Made by a program: the position numbers and the translations under genes. Source: an uncultured Bacilli bacterium (lineage in GTDB: Bacteria > Bacillota_I > Bacilli_A > RF39 > UBA660). From it: a stretch of DNA of 64,000 nucleotides. The notes below the pieces were generated by a model. It searched no databases and was not told where the DNA came from. It saw nothing but the letters and a program-made list of their open reading frames with translations. Positions within the stretch are counted from its first letter, which is position 1. Each line of letters begins with the position of its first letter. This document shows, in pieces, positions 1 through 9,349 of this stretch. The stretch lies in assembly GCA_947632595.1 (NCBI GenBank), contig CANRPY010000003.1:12532-76531 (forward strand), written 5' to 3'.

Positions 1-222
1 TGTAACAATAATCATGGATGCCCAATCCTTTGCTCTTATTCTTTCAATTCGATTTTTATTTTTTTCATTTTCTATATTTAAGATATAGATTTTATAAGTA
101 TCCGAGATTTTTTCTTTCTCTTCTTTTATTCTATATTCATAGTCTTCCTTCATCATGACTTTTTGAATGATGTTTTTTACTCTTATATAATCTTCTTCCT
201 CTTCAATTCTAAACTCTATCAT
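1..222 (-). CDS. Partial (runs off window) response-regulator receiver-like protein, probably LytTR/AgrA type, degenerate
   Basis: Manually translated, not in ORF track: ATG at 222 with AAGGTG RBS; MIEFRIEEEEDYIRVKNIIQKVM...YKIYILNIE...RIRAKDWASMIIVT resembles the receiver beta3/beta4 segments (IYILDIE / IR..D..S.IIFVT). Confidence 0.5.
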   Translation of the reverse strand, partial: MIEFRIEEEEDYIRVKNIIQKVMMKEDYEYRIKEEKEKISDTYKIYILNIENEKNKNRIERIRAKDWASMIIVT

Positions 223-272
223 TTTATCACGCACCTTATCCATCATATCATTTTTTTGATAAAAAAAAGAAA

Positions 273-1370
273 CTATTTTGTTTCTTTTTTCTTCTTTGGA
301 ATAATTTTTGATTCAATCTTTTTTAAGATTTCTGGGTTTTTATCAGAAATAATCGTTGTATGGAAGACAAACCAGGTTACTAATATAAAGATTACAATAA
401 ATAGAGCTTGTCCTATTTTTGGATCTTTTAAGACAAATATTAAAGTTGCGACTGCGAATAAAATATTGATTCCATAAATAATGAGTACTGTTACTACTTG
501 TGAAAAATTCATTCCTAATAATTGATGGTGGAGATGTTGTTTATCTGCTTGGAATGGTGGTTGTCCTTTTAATAATCTTCTTATGATTGCGAATAAGGTA
601 TCTAAGATTGGAATTCCTAAGATAGATACTGGTACAAAGAATGAGATTAAGGCAGGTCCTTTAAATTCGAGTAGGGATATTACTGCAATAATAAATCCCA
701 TGAATGTTGCTCCATCTCCTGCGAAGATTTTTGCGGGATGAAAGTTATGGAGTAAGAAACCCATTGTTGATCCTAACATGATTAGGGTAATTACCATTAC
801 AAGGCTTCCAAATCTGCCTTGGAAAAATCCAATAATTGCAATGGTAATATAAAAGATTGTACATATTCCTCCACTTAAACCATCTAATCCATCTATCAGA
901 TTAATAATGTTTGTACATGCTACGATAAAAAAGATGGTAATTGGATAAGATAAGATTCCGAAATCAAATGTATAGCCGAATGCTGTAATGACATCTAAGA
1001 TAATTCCACCATAGAAGACTATGACACAGGCTGCTACTATTTGTGCTAATAATTTATAGGTTGCTCTAATTGGTTTGATATCATCTACAATAGAAGTTAA
1101 AATGATGATAAAACTTCCTATTAGGATTGAATTCATTCGAATACTTTGTTCTCCAAATAACATATAACCGAATAGAAAAGATAAAAAGATTCCTACTCCA
1201 CCAAGTTTTGGAGTTGCTTTCTCATGAATATGTCTATGTCCTTCTTCTGATCTAGGGTTATCCATTGCATTGACATGCACAGCTACTTTTCTCATTAAGA
1301 ACATAATGATTGCTGAAAAGATAAAGGTTGTTATGACAATTTTTGATGCCGATAACAGTTGGACTTTCAT
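273..1370 (-). CDS. tagO: Undecaprenyl-phosphate GlcNAc-1-phosphate transferase (MraY/WecA/TagO family)
   Basis: Polytopic membrane protein with TPKLGGVGIF, VDD, NIINLIDGLDGL, NFHPAKIFAGD and DKQHLHHQLL motifs. Confidence 0.9.
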   Translation of the reverse strand: MKVQLLSASKIVITTFIFSAIIMFLMRKVAVHVNAMDNPRSEEGHRHIHEKATPKLGGVGIFLSFLFGYMLFGEQSIRMNSILIGSFIIILTSIVDDIKPIRATYKLLAQIVAACVIVFYGGIILDVITAFGYTFDFGILSYPITIFFIVACTNIINLIDGLDGLSGGICTIFYITIAIIGFFQGRFGSLVMVITLIMLGSTMGFLLHNFHPAKIFAGDGATFMGFIIAVISLLEFKGPALISFFVPVSILGIPILDTLFAIIRRLLKGQPPFQADKQHLHHQLLGMNFSQVVTVLIIYGINILFAVATLIFVLKDPKIGQALFIVIFILVTWFVFHTTIISDKNPEILKKIESKIIPKKKKETK

Positions 1371-1432
1371 AAAATTTCCTTCTTTCTACCAAGATTATAC
1401 CAAATTTTCTTTTATTGCAAAAGAAAAAACCA

Positions 1433-2431
1433 TTATTCTTGGTCTTCTTCCAGTTGTTTTCTATTTTCTAGTAAAACTCCTGTTCCTTCTACGACACATG
1501 TTAATGGTTCTTCGGCAATTAATGCAGGGATTGTTAATGCTTCTTCTAATACATCTACTAATCCAGTTAAAAGGGAGCCTCCTCCTGTTAGAATGACACC
1601 TTTTTCTACAATGTCTGCTGCTAGTTCAGGTGGTGTTTGTTCTAGTACTCCTTGTGTTGACTTGATAATTTTATTTACTCCATCCATTAAGGCTTCTTTT
1701 ATCTCTTCTTGATTTACTTCTATGGCACTTGGTAGTCCTGTTAATAAACTTCTTCCTCTTACTTCTAACTTTTCTTTTTTACTTGGTTTATATACGTTTG
1801 CAAAATGAATCTTTATATCTTCTGCTGTTGGTTCTCCTATTAATAATTTATATTTATCTCTTAAGTATTTAATAATATCTTGGTTTAGAGAATTTCCTGC
1901 TACTTTTACAGAGGCAGATGATACAATTCCATTCATGGATAATACTGCAATATCTGTAGTTCCTCCTCCAATATCTAATACCATATTTGCTTCTGGTTTT
2001 GAAATATCCATTCCTGCTCCAATGGCTGCTACTTTTGGTTCTTCTTCTATATATACTTTACTTGCACCCATTCTTTCTGCTGCTTCTTTGATGGCATTTC
2101 TCTCTACTGGAGTAATATTGGTTGGACAACAAATTAAAATTCTTGGTCTTGTAAATAATTTTCTTGCTTTAATTTTACGGATAAAGGAATCTAACATAAT
2201 TTCTGTTAATTCAAAGTCTGCGATTACTCCATCTTTTAAAGGTCTAATTGCTTTAATCTTTCCTGGAGTTCTTCCGACCATTTCACTTGCTTCACTTCCT
2301 ACTGCAATCACTTTTTTTGTTTCTGTTTCTATTACAACGATACTTGGTTCGTTTAATACAATTCCTCTACCTTTTACATAGATTAAAACGTTTGCCGTTC
2401 CTAAATCAATTCCAATGTCTCTTACTATCAT
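1433..2431 (-). CDS. mbl: Actin-like rod shape-determining protein (MreB family; Mbl by synteny with spoIIQ)
   Basis: DIGIDLGTAN, LDIGGGTTD and LTGGGSLL motifs; lies directly downstream of spoIIQ as in Bacillus. Confidence 0.9.
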   Translation of the reverse strand: MIVRDIGIDLGTANVLIYVKGRGIVLNEPSIVVIETETKKVIAVGSEASEMVGRTPGKIKAIRPLKDGVIADFELTEIMLDSFIRKIKARKLFTRPRILICCPTNITPVERNAIKEAAERMGASKVYIEEEPKVAAIGAGMDISKPEANMVLDIGGGTTDIAVLSMNGIVSSASVKVAGNSLNQDIIKYLRDKYKLLIGEPTAEDIKIHFANVYKPSKKEKLEVRGRSLLTGLPSAIEVNQEEIKEALMDGVNKIIKSTQGVLEQTPPELAADIVEKGVILTGGGSLLTGLVDVLEEALTIPALIAEEPLTCVVEGTGVLLENRKQLEEDQE

Positions 2432-2511
2432 AATCTATCTACTCCCATTTTTATTTTATCATATTTTCTATCTACTACTATTATATTTTCTTTCGATAAA
2501 AAAAAGAAGAA

Positions 2512-3141
2512 CTAATTCTCCTTCTTGTATTCTTTGTTTATATATAATTCTGGATTTACGGAACTTCCATTTACATAGATTTCGAAATGTAGATGATTTC
2601 CTAATTCTTTCTCCATTTCGTTTGTTCCACTTTTTCCAATTACTTGTCCCTGTCCTACATTATCTCCTTGTTTTACAGATACTTCACTTAAACTTTGATA
2701 AATAGAAATTAATCCATTTTTATGTTCAACTTCTACAATTTTTCCTAAGATATCATCTTCTTTTACTGTCTTTACGGTTCCATCTGCTATAGCAATGACA
2801 TCAAATACTTCTTTTTTTACAAAATCAATTCCTGTATTTTGATAATACGTATTTTCTTTTACTACGATGGAATTTTCTTGAGTTGTTTCTTCTCCTTTAT
2901 AATCGTAGTAAGATTTTCCTATCGTTACTCCACTATCTACATAAGGAGAAGTTATATAATTATTTTCACTCACTACTGGAAGTGTTTCTTGGTAATACTC
3001 ATTTGCTGTTGGATACTCTTCTGCTTCTATTTCTTCTCCACTCATACTTGTTGTTGCAAAAATGGCGAAGATTAATACGGGAACAAGGGTTAATACAAAG
3101 ATACCTAAAGGGAGTCCTTTTAAAAATGCTTCTTTTTTCAT
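2512..3141 (-). CDS. spoIIQ: Stage II sporulation protein Q-like M23 (LytM) domain protein
   Basis: N-terminal TM helix; M23 domain with degenerate motif I (YYQNTGIDF instead of HxxxD) and intact HLHFEI; upstream of mbl; sigmaF-like promoter. Confidence 0.8.
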   Translation of the reverse strand: MKKEAFLKGLPLGIFVLTLVPVLIFAIFATTSMSGEEIEAEEYPTANEYYQETLPVVSENNYITSPYVDSGVTIGKSYYDYKGEETTQENSIVVKENTYYQNTGIDFVKKEVFDVIAIADGTVKTVKEDDILGKIVEVEHKNGLISIYQSLSEVSVKQGDNVGQGQVIGKSGTNEMEKELGNHLHFEIYVNGSSVNPELYINKEYKKEN

Positions 3142-3157
3142 ACTTTCACCTCATTAA

Positions 3158-3186
3158 CATTTTGAGCAAAAAAAAAGGATTTATAC
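3158..3186 (-). promoter_or_regulatory. Putative sigmaF-type forespore promoter of spoIIQ
   Basis: - strand GTATA-N14-GCTCAAAATG, close to the sigmaF consensus GYATA-N15-GGnnAnAHTR; spacer is 1 nt short. Confidence 0.45.
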
Positions 3187-3192
3187 ATCCTT

Positions 3193-3393
3193 TTAAAAGA
3201 TATTTACGGATAAGACTAAATCGTAAATAAAATTAGTCACGAGATAAATCATTGATAATCCTAAGAAAAAATAAAATAGTTTTGCTTGGACTGGATTTAC
3301 ATTCTTTTTAAAGATATGATTAATATTTAGAGATGCCATTGTCCATATCACTAAAATTGTTACGATAAAATATAAAACGTATTTAAATGTCAT
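3193..3393 (-). CDS. DUF1146 (YwzB-like) small membrane protein
   Basis: 66 aa with two hydrophobic helices, IFKKN..QAKLFYFFL...YLVTNF pattern; murA/spoIIQ neighbourhood. Confidence 0.75.
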   Translation of the reverse strand: MTFKYVLYFIVTILVIWTMASLNINHIFKKNVNPVQAKLFYFFLGLSMIYLVTNFIYDLVLSVNIF

Positions 3394-3395
3394 GC

Positions 3396-3836
3396 TTATT
3401 TTTCCTCATATTCTTTTATTTTATTTCTTCTTCTAACATGCTTTTCTTCCATGGAACATGGAGTACTTATAAATGTTTTTACGATCTCATATGCTTTTTC
3501 TAAAGTCATTTTTTCGCCAAAGGCAACTATGTTAGAATCATTATCTGTTCTTGTTGCGATTGCTTCTTCTTTAGAGTCTACTTTTGCACAACGGATTCCT
3601 TTTACTTTATTACAGGCAATACTAATCCCAATTCCTGATCCACAGATGGCTACTCCAAAATCTACTTCTTTTTCTATGACTCCTTGTCCTAAACGAAAGG
3701 CATAGTCTGGATAATCTGTTGATTTCTCTTCATAGGTACCATAATCCTTGATTTCTATATTTTCTTGTTCTAATTTTTCTATTAATTCTTTTTTTAAATT
3801 AAATCCTCTATGGTCACTTGCAAAACCTAATTTCAT
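3396..3836 (-). CDS. rpiB: Ribose-5-phosphate isomerase B
   Basis: ASDHRGF, DYPDYA, ICGSGIGISIACNKVKGIR motifs; start moved to ATG 3836 (GAGGG RBS). Confidence 0.93.
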   Translation of the reverse strand: MKLGFASDHRGFNLKKELIEKLEQENIEIKDYGTYEEKSTDYPDYAFRLGQGVIEKEVDFGVAICGSGIGISIACNKVKGIRCAKVDSKEEAIATRTDNDSNIVAFGEKMTLEKAYEIVKTFISTPCSMEEKHVRRRNKIKEYEEK

Positions 3837-3885
3837 TGTATCCCTCTTTTCTAATTTTATTATAACACGAAAAAGAAAAAACTGC

Positions 3886-4101
3886 TTATTCTGCAGTTTC
3901 TTTATCAAATCCATATTTCTTGTTAAATTTATCTACACGACCAGCGCGCGATGCTCTACTTTGTTTTCCTGTATAGAATGGATGACATTCTGAACAAATT
4001 TCAACATTAATTTCTGATTTTGTAGATTTACAAGTAAATGTGTTTCCACATGCACAAGTTACTGTGCAATCTTTGATTTCTGGATGGATATCTTTTTTCA
4101 T
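3886..4101 (-). CDS. rpmE: 50S ribosomal protein L31 (zinc-binding type)
   Basis: [34 protein letters not shown]; start at ATG 4101 after AAGGAG. Confidence 0.97.
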   Translation of the reverse strand: MKKDIHPEIKDCTVTCACGNTFTCKSTKSEINVEICSECHPFYTGKQSRASRAGRVDKFNKKYGFDKETAE

Positions 4102-4107
4102 ATTCTT

Positions 4108-4153
4108 CTCTCCTTCCGCCATGACATCCGTGATGTCATAGTAATTAAACGCG
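4108..4153 (-). promoter_or_regulatory. rpmE 5' leader hairpin, possible L31 autoregulatory leader
   Basis: Stem CUAUGACAUC-ACG-GAUGUCAUGG immediately 5' of the RBS. Confidence 0.45.
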
Positions 4154-4164
4154 TTATTAATATA

Positions 4165-4863
4165 TCAAATATTTTCTTGGTTTTCAAGTGTTTTTTGAAT
4201 TATTTTCCTTGATATTTCATAATATCCTAAACGATTTGGGTAATAACTATTCGGATTCGAGAAAAAGTTAGGGTCTCTTTTTAGAAGATTTTGTGTATCA
4301 ATATAAGTAATTTTTTGATTTTCTTTTAATATTTTATTTAATTCTAGGATTCCTTTTCTTTTATATTTTTCTGTACTATTGGTTTCACAGTATCCTACTA
4401 CGATGATTGAATTATGATAATATTTTGCTATTTCTTCTATACATTCTTCATAGTTTCTTTTGATTTCTACCATGATTTTTTCAAATTTTTGTTCTGTTAG
4501 AGATTCTTCTATCGATAGGGAGTACAATAAATCGTTATATCCTAATGTTATGATTAAGAGGTCAGACTCGGACAAAATCTTTTTTATTTTTGGGGTTTGT
4601 TTTATGAGTGTTGTGATGCTTTTTAGAGATTGTTCTTTTTTGGAATAGTCGGTATTGGTAACGACTTTATCATTTTGTTTTTTAAGTTCTTCTTCTACAT
4701 AGTCAATATATCCGTAGTCTTTGGATCCATAGGAATTGATTCCTAGTGAGAAGCTATCTCCTATACTTGTCATTTGATACATGGAGTGAGATGTTTCTTG
4801 ATAAATGATAAAAACAGATAAACTTAATAGTAGTAAAATCAGCAATTTAGTTTTTCGAGTCAT
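4165..4863 (-). CDS. Membrane-anchored/secreted SGNH/GDSL-family hydrolase
   Basis: N-terminal hydrophobic segment; block I SIGDSFSLG, block III ITLGYNDL, block V-like YYPNRLGY (catalytic His not evident). Confidence 0.7.
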   Translation of the reverse strand: MTRKTKLLILLLLSLSVFIIYQETSHSMYQMTSIGDSFSLGINSYGSKDYGYIDYVEEELKKQNDKVVTNTDYSKKEQSLKSITTLIKQTPKIKKILSESDLLIITLGYNDLLYSLSIEESLTEQKFEKIMVEIKRNYEECIEEIAKYYHNSIIVVGYCETNSTEKYKRKGILELNKILKENQKITYIDTQNLLKRDPNFFSNPNSYYPNRLGYYEISRKIIQKTLENQENI

Positions 4864-4893
4864 TTTCCCTCCCAAAAAAAGAAATATATTTTA

Positions 4894-6147
4894 TTATATT
4901 TCTTTAATGGTTATTTTAGCACCTACATTGGTTAATTTTTCTACGATTTGTTCATATCCTCTTAGAATATGTTCTACACTGGTTATGGTTGTTTTTCCTT
5001 CTGCTTTTAAGCCTGCTGCCACCATAGCGGCTCCTGCTCGTAAGTCTGTTGCGACAACTTCGCATCCTTTTAGTTTGGTTGGTCCTGCTATCGTTGCGGT
5101 TTGATTTTTTACCATGATGTCTGCTCCTAAATCTTTTAGATATGGAACATGCATAAAACGATTTTCCCAAATGGTTTCTGTTGTCTTACTCTTTCCTGTC
5201 ATTTGGGTTTGTAATACGGTAAATGGTTGTTGCAAGTCGGTCGCAAAACCTGGATAGACTGCTGTTTTAATACTTGTTGATCTATATTTCTCTTGTTTTT
5301 GTACGATAACGTAATCTGCCCCTACTTCTAGGCTGACTCCTGCTTCTTCTAATTTGGATAATAGGGCATCGATATGTTCTGGAATAATATTATCTATTTT
5401 TAGTGGATTTCCGCATAATGATCCAATAATGACATACGTTCCTGCTTCTATTCTATCGGGTATTACTTCATGGAAACACTTTCCTAGATGGTCTACCCCT
5501 TGAATTTTAATGGTAGAAGTTCCTGCTCCTGATATTTTTGCTCCCATGTTATTTAAGAAGGTTGCTACATTTACAATTTCTGGTTCTTTGGCTGCATTAT
5601 CAATGATTGTTTTTCCTTTGGCACGAACGGCTGCTAACATGATATTTATGGTTGCTCCTACAGATGCAATATCTAGGTAAATATTTGCTCCTTTTAGTTC
5701 TTCTGCCTCTACTGTATATTTATTTCCTTCACTAGTTACTTTTGCTCCTAGTGCTTCAAAACCTTTTAAGTGAAGATCAATTGGTCTTGCTCCTATAGAA
5801 CATCCTCCTGGAAAATACATAACTACTTTTTTATATTTTCCTAGAAGAGCTCCCATGAAATAATAAGACGCTCTTAATTTTTTAGAGAAAATTTCTCCTA
5901 TTTCTACATTCTTCATCTTTTCTGGATTGATTACAATACTTTCACTTGCTCTTTTATAGTCTACATTTAATTCTTTTAATATATCACATAAGGAATCGGT
6001 ATCCGTAATTTCTGGTACATTGCAGATGGTTACTTCTTCATCGGTTAAGATTGCTGCTGGAATTAAGGCTACTGTTGCATTTTTGGCTCCACTAATACGG
6101 ATTGTTCCGGTTAAGTCTTTTCCGCCCTCTATTTCCATTATTTTCAT
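4894..6147 (-). CDS. murA: UDP-N-acetylglucosamine 1-carboxyvinyltransferase
   Basis: SGAKNA, LRASYYFMGALLG, PGGCSIGARPIDLH, DRIEAGT, ATDLRAGAA. Confidence 0.97.
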   Translation of the reverse strand: MKIMEIEGGKDLTGTIRISGAKNATVALIPAAILTDEEVTICNVPEITDTDSLCDILKELNVDYKRASESIVINPEKMKNVEIGEIFSKKLRASYYFMGALLGKYKKVVMYFPGGCSIGARPIDLHLKGFEALGAKVTSEGNKYTVEAEELKGANIYLDIASVGATINIMLAAVRAKGKTIIDNAAKEPEIVNVATFLNNMGAKISGAGTSTIKIQGVDHLGKCFHEVIPDRIEAGTYVIIGSLCGNPLKIDNIIPEHIDALLSKLEEAGVSLEVGADYVIVQKQEKYRSTSIKTAVYPGFATDLQQPFTVLQTQMTGKSKTTETIWENRFMHVPYLKDLGADIMVKNQTATIAGPTKLKGCEVVATDLRAGAAMVAAGLKAEGKTTITSVEHILRGYEQIVEKLTNVGAKITIKEI

Positions 6148-6286
6148 TTAAAAACCTCCTAACAAAAATTTAAAATTTTTGCTGCTTTCTCTACTTAATC
6201 ATACGTTCTAAGTATTTTTTTGTCAATTAGCTTGGGCTTTTCTATGAATATTTGTCGTAAACTTTTGTTTTCTCTTCTATTTTATG

Positions 6287-6766
6287 TTAAAAAAGTTTAC
6301 TTATTGCTTCTTTTATCCAAGATTTATATTCTACGGGTTCTTCTTCCTCTATCATGCATAGGGGAGGAAATAAGATACACCAAAAATTATCTCCTCTACC
6401 TTCTCCTAGAGTGATTACTAGGGATTCATACATTCCTGCTTCATAAGTTTTTCCTTGATACTCTTTTTCTGGGAAATAATTTTCTCCATAATGAATTTGG
6501 AAAGGAGTTCCTATTTCGTTTGATATTCTATTTTCAAATGTTGGAATCATTTCTTTGATATATTTTTCCTCTTCTTCTTTGGTTTTGGCATTTCTATTTT
6601 GTAATTCTTTTTCCATGCTTTTTACAATTTTCTTTTTTGTCTCTTGATCTTCTACATTATTACTATTGGCAATGATTCGAAATCGTATGGTATCTTCTGG
6701 TAGAGTATCTTTCTTCATAGCTAAAATTCCTATGATTATGGCGATTATGATTACTGTTTTTTTCAT
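6287..6766 (-). CDS. spoIIR: Stage II sporulation protein R
   Basis: Signal peptide; IRFRIIANSN..EDQ..K, FPEKEY, YESLVITLGEGRGDNFWCILFPPLC; follows prfA-prmC as in Bacillus. Confidence 0.92.
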   Translation of the reverse strand: MKKTVIIIAIIIGILAMKKDTLPEDTIRFRIIANSNNVEDQETKKKIVKSMEKELQNRNAKTKEEEEKYIKEMIPTFENRISNEIGTPFQIHYGENYFPEKEYQGKTYEAGMYESLVITLGEGRGDNFWCILFPPLCMIEEEEPVEYKSWIKEAISKLF

Positions 6767-6800
6767 TTAAAAACCTCACTTTCGTATTTATAGTGAGGTT
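6767..6800 (-). terminator. Terminator-like hairpin after prmC that overlaps the spoIIR RBS
   Basis: - strand AACCTCACT-11nt-AGTGAGGTT followed by TTTAA-ATG; the 3' arm contains the GAGGT Shine-Dalgarno. Confidence 0.65.
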
Positions 6801-6812
6801 CTTTTTCTTTTT

Positions 6813-7637
6813 TTATTCCAAATTTTTAAAAATAAACATCATTCTATCTCTTTCCGATAGATCTTTTTTTACTTCTATTCGTACTCCATCTAGATTTTCT
6901 TTTACTAATTCTGTGATTGCTTGTGCTTGATCTTTACCTATCTCAAAGGCAATTAAGGCTCTTTCTTTTAAGTTTTCTTTTACGTGATTTAGTATCTTAC
7001 GATAACAATCTAGTCCGTCTTCTCCTGCATATAGGGCAATTGATGGTTCATTTTCTTTTACAATTTGTTCTACTTCTTCTGAATCTTTAATATAGGGTGG
7101 ATTACTGATAATGACATCATACTTTTTTACTTGGTTTTCTAACATGTCATTTTCTATTAAATTGGCATTTGATGTGAGTCTTTCTTTATTGATTTTGGTT
7201 ACTTCTAATGCTTGTTTTGAGATATCGATTAAATCCACAGAATTTGTGGAAACTTTTTTTTCTAATGTTAGACCAATTACTCCACTTCCACAACCTAAGT
7301 CAACTATATCTACAGGAGTTGTCCAATACTTTTTTATGTATTCTATGGTATGTTCTACTAATTCTTCTGTTTCAAAACGAGGAATTAGAACTCTTTCATC
7401 TACATAAAAGGAATTTCCATAAAAGTTCACTTTTTGTAATACATATTGTAGTGGTTTTCCTTCTTCTAGAGCAAGCACTGCTTTTTTATATTGTTCTTCT
7501 TTTTCTTCTGGAACGATTTCTTCTAAATGGTTATAGAGTTCTAATGGATTTTGATTTAGAAATTCTGCTAAAAGGATTTTGGCATGTGCGGAATGACAAT
7601 GACTTTTTCCAAATACTAAGCATTCGTCTATGGTCAT
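6813..7637 (-). CDS. prmC: Release factor glutamine methyltransferase
   Basis: VLIPRFETEELV, DLGCGSG, SNPPYI; adjacent to prfA. Confidence 0.96.
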   Translation of the reverse strand: MTIDECLVFGKSHCHSAHAKILLAEFLNQNPLELYNHLEEIVPEEKEEQYKKAVLALEEGKPLQYVLQKVNFYGNSFYVDERVLIPRFETEELVEHTIEYIKKYWTTPVDIVDLGCGSGVIGLTLEKKVSTNSVDLIDISKQALEVTKINKERLTSNANLIENDMLENQVKKYDVIISNPPYIKDSEEVEQIVKENEPSIALYAGEDGLDCYRKILNHVKENLKERALIAFEIGKDQAQAITELVKENLDGVRIEVKKDLSERDRMMFIFKNLE

Positions 7638-7651
7638 TTTGATTCCTCCTT

Positions 7652-8719
7652 TTATTCTTCGGTTTCTCCTTCTAGTTTTCTTTTTTGATCTTCTTGAATT
7701 AGAGCATCAATGATATCATCTAGGGCTCCGTCCATTACTCGGTCAAGACTGTTGGTTGTATACCCTATTCTATGATCGGTTACTCTGTTTTGTGGATAGT
7801 TATAAGTTCTAATTTTTTCGGCACGATCCCCCGTTCCTATCTTACTACGTCTTTCTTTTCCTTCTTTTTCTGCTTTTTCTTGCTCTTGTAATTCATAGAG
7901 ACGAGATTTTAGGACTTTCATTGCTTGTTCTCTATTTTGAATTTGGCTTCTTTCATTTTGACAAGTTACTACGATATTCGTTGGTAAATGGGTAATTCTT
8001 ACTGCAGAATCGGTTGTATTGACTCCTTGTCCTCCATTTCCACTGGAACGATAAATATCTACTCGAATATCATTTGGATTAATTTCAATTTCCACATCTT
8101 CGTCTGCTTCTGGCATTACCAATACCGTTGCGGTAGAAGTTTGTAGTCTTCCATTGGATTCTGTTACGGGTACTCTTTGTACTCTATGAGATCCACTTTC
8201 ATATTTTAATTTGGAATAAGCGCCTTTTCCTTTAATCATTAATTCAATTTGACTAAATCCTCCTGCTGTTCCATCAATTGAGTTATATACTTGATAGGTA
8301 AATCCTTGTTTTTCGGCATATCTTGTATACATACGGAATAGGTCTCCAGCGAAGATATTTGCTTCATCTCCACCTGCTGCTCCACGGATTTCCATAATAA
8401 CATTCTTGGAATCATTCGGATCTTTTGGTATTAACAAGACTTCTAGTTCTCCATCTAATTTTTCTTTTTCTTGTTCTAATTCTTTGATTTCTTCTTTTGC
8501 CATTTCTCCAAGTTCTGGATCATCTTTCATTTCTTTGGCATCTTCTAAGTCTTGCATAACTTTTTTATATTTTTTATAACAAGTTACAATATCTTCTAAA
8601 TCTGACATTTCTTTAGAATATTGTCTTGTTTTTTTTACATCACTTAAAACTTCTGGTTTCGTTAATTCTTGTTGTAAGTCTTCATACTTTTTTAGTGTTG
8701 CTTCTAATCTTTCTATCAT
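7652..8719 (-). CDS. prfA: Peptide chain release factor 1
   Basis: GGQ motif ([17 protein letters not shown]), PVT tripeptide anticodon (RVPVTE), [14 protein letters not shown]. Confidence 0.98.
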   Translation of the reverse strand: MIERLEATLKKYEDLQQELTKPEVLSDVKKTRQYSKEMSDLEDIVTCYKKYKKVMQDLEDAKEMKDDPELGEMAKEEIKELEQEKEKLDGELEVLLIPKDPNDSKNVIMEIRGAAGGDEANIFAGDLFRMYTRYAEKQGFTYQVYNSIDGTAGGFSQIELMIKGKGAYSKLKYESGSHRVQRVPVTESNGRLQTSTATVLVMPEADEDVEIEINPNDIRVDIYRSSGNGGQGVNTTDSAVRITHLPTNIVVTCQNERSQIQNREQAMKVLKSRLYELQEQEKAEKEGKERRSKIGTGDRAEKIRTYNYPQNRVTDHRIGYTTNSLDRVMDGALDDIIDALIQEDQKRKLEGETEE

Positions 8720-8784
8720 ATTTTCACCTAATCTTTCTTAAGACAGTCCTATTATATCATATATTTTTTATGAAAAAAACTAGA

Positions 8785-9237
8785 TTATCCTTCTAGTTCT
8801 AATTCATCTTCGTCAATAACGACTAAGTCTTTTAATTCTTCATTTGTCTCATCGTCATAGTCATCTTCTTCTTTATCATCATAGCTGTCTTCTTCATCCT
8901 CTTCATCGATTGACTCTTCTTCTTTTTCTGACTCTTCGTCTTCTTCCTCTTCTTCATCATCGTCCGTTGCAATCTTAATTACTTTGTCTGAGGTATGGTT
9001 GCTTCTTAAGTCCCATTTTCCATTATCTAATAAGATAAATCGTTTATCTGTTGCCAAAGAAGTATAGAAATCTGCAATTTTCTTTTCAAAAGCACTTTCT
9101 GGCAATTCTAACAACTTCATTATTTTCCGAAATAACTCCGCTGTATTTAATGTTCTTTTACTATTTTGTAGAATTAGTTCTGCAATATCCTTATTGGATA
9201 ACTGCTCTAATTCTTCCTTTTTCATTTTTAGGCTCAT
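8785..9237 (-). CDS. rpoE: DNA-directed RNA polymerase delta subunit
   Basis: IADFYTSLATDKRF...GKWDLR followed by a highly acidic C-terminal tail; start at ATG 9237 after GGAGG. Confidence 0.92.
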   Translation of the reverse strand: MSLKMKKEELEQLSNKDIAELILQNSKRTLNTAELFRKIMKLLELPESAFEKKIADFYTSLATDKRFILLDNGKWDLRSNHTSDKVIKIATDDDEEEEEDEESEKEEESIDEEDEEDSYDDKEEDDYDDETNEELKDLVVIDEDELELEG

Positions 9238-9349
9238 TTTTTTGTCCTCCTGTGTCAAAAAATATCTTATGTTTGGATAAGTATTTTGTGACAAATCATT
9301 TTTTCCAAGTTCTTTTATACCATATATATTACTCTATGGCAAGATTTTT

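Noticed and set aside
8790-8965. GAA/GAT-rich low-complexity tract
   Set aside because: Normal acidic tail of the RNA polymerase delta subunit.
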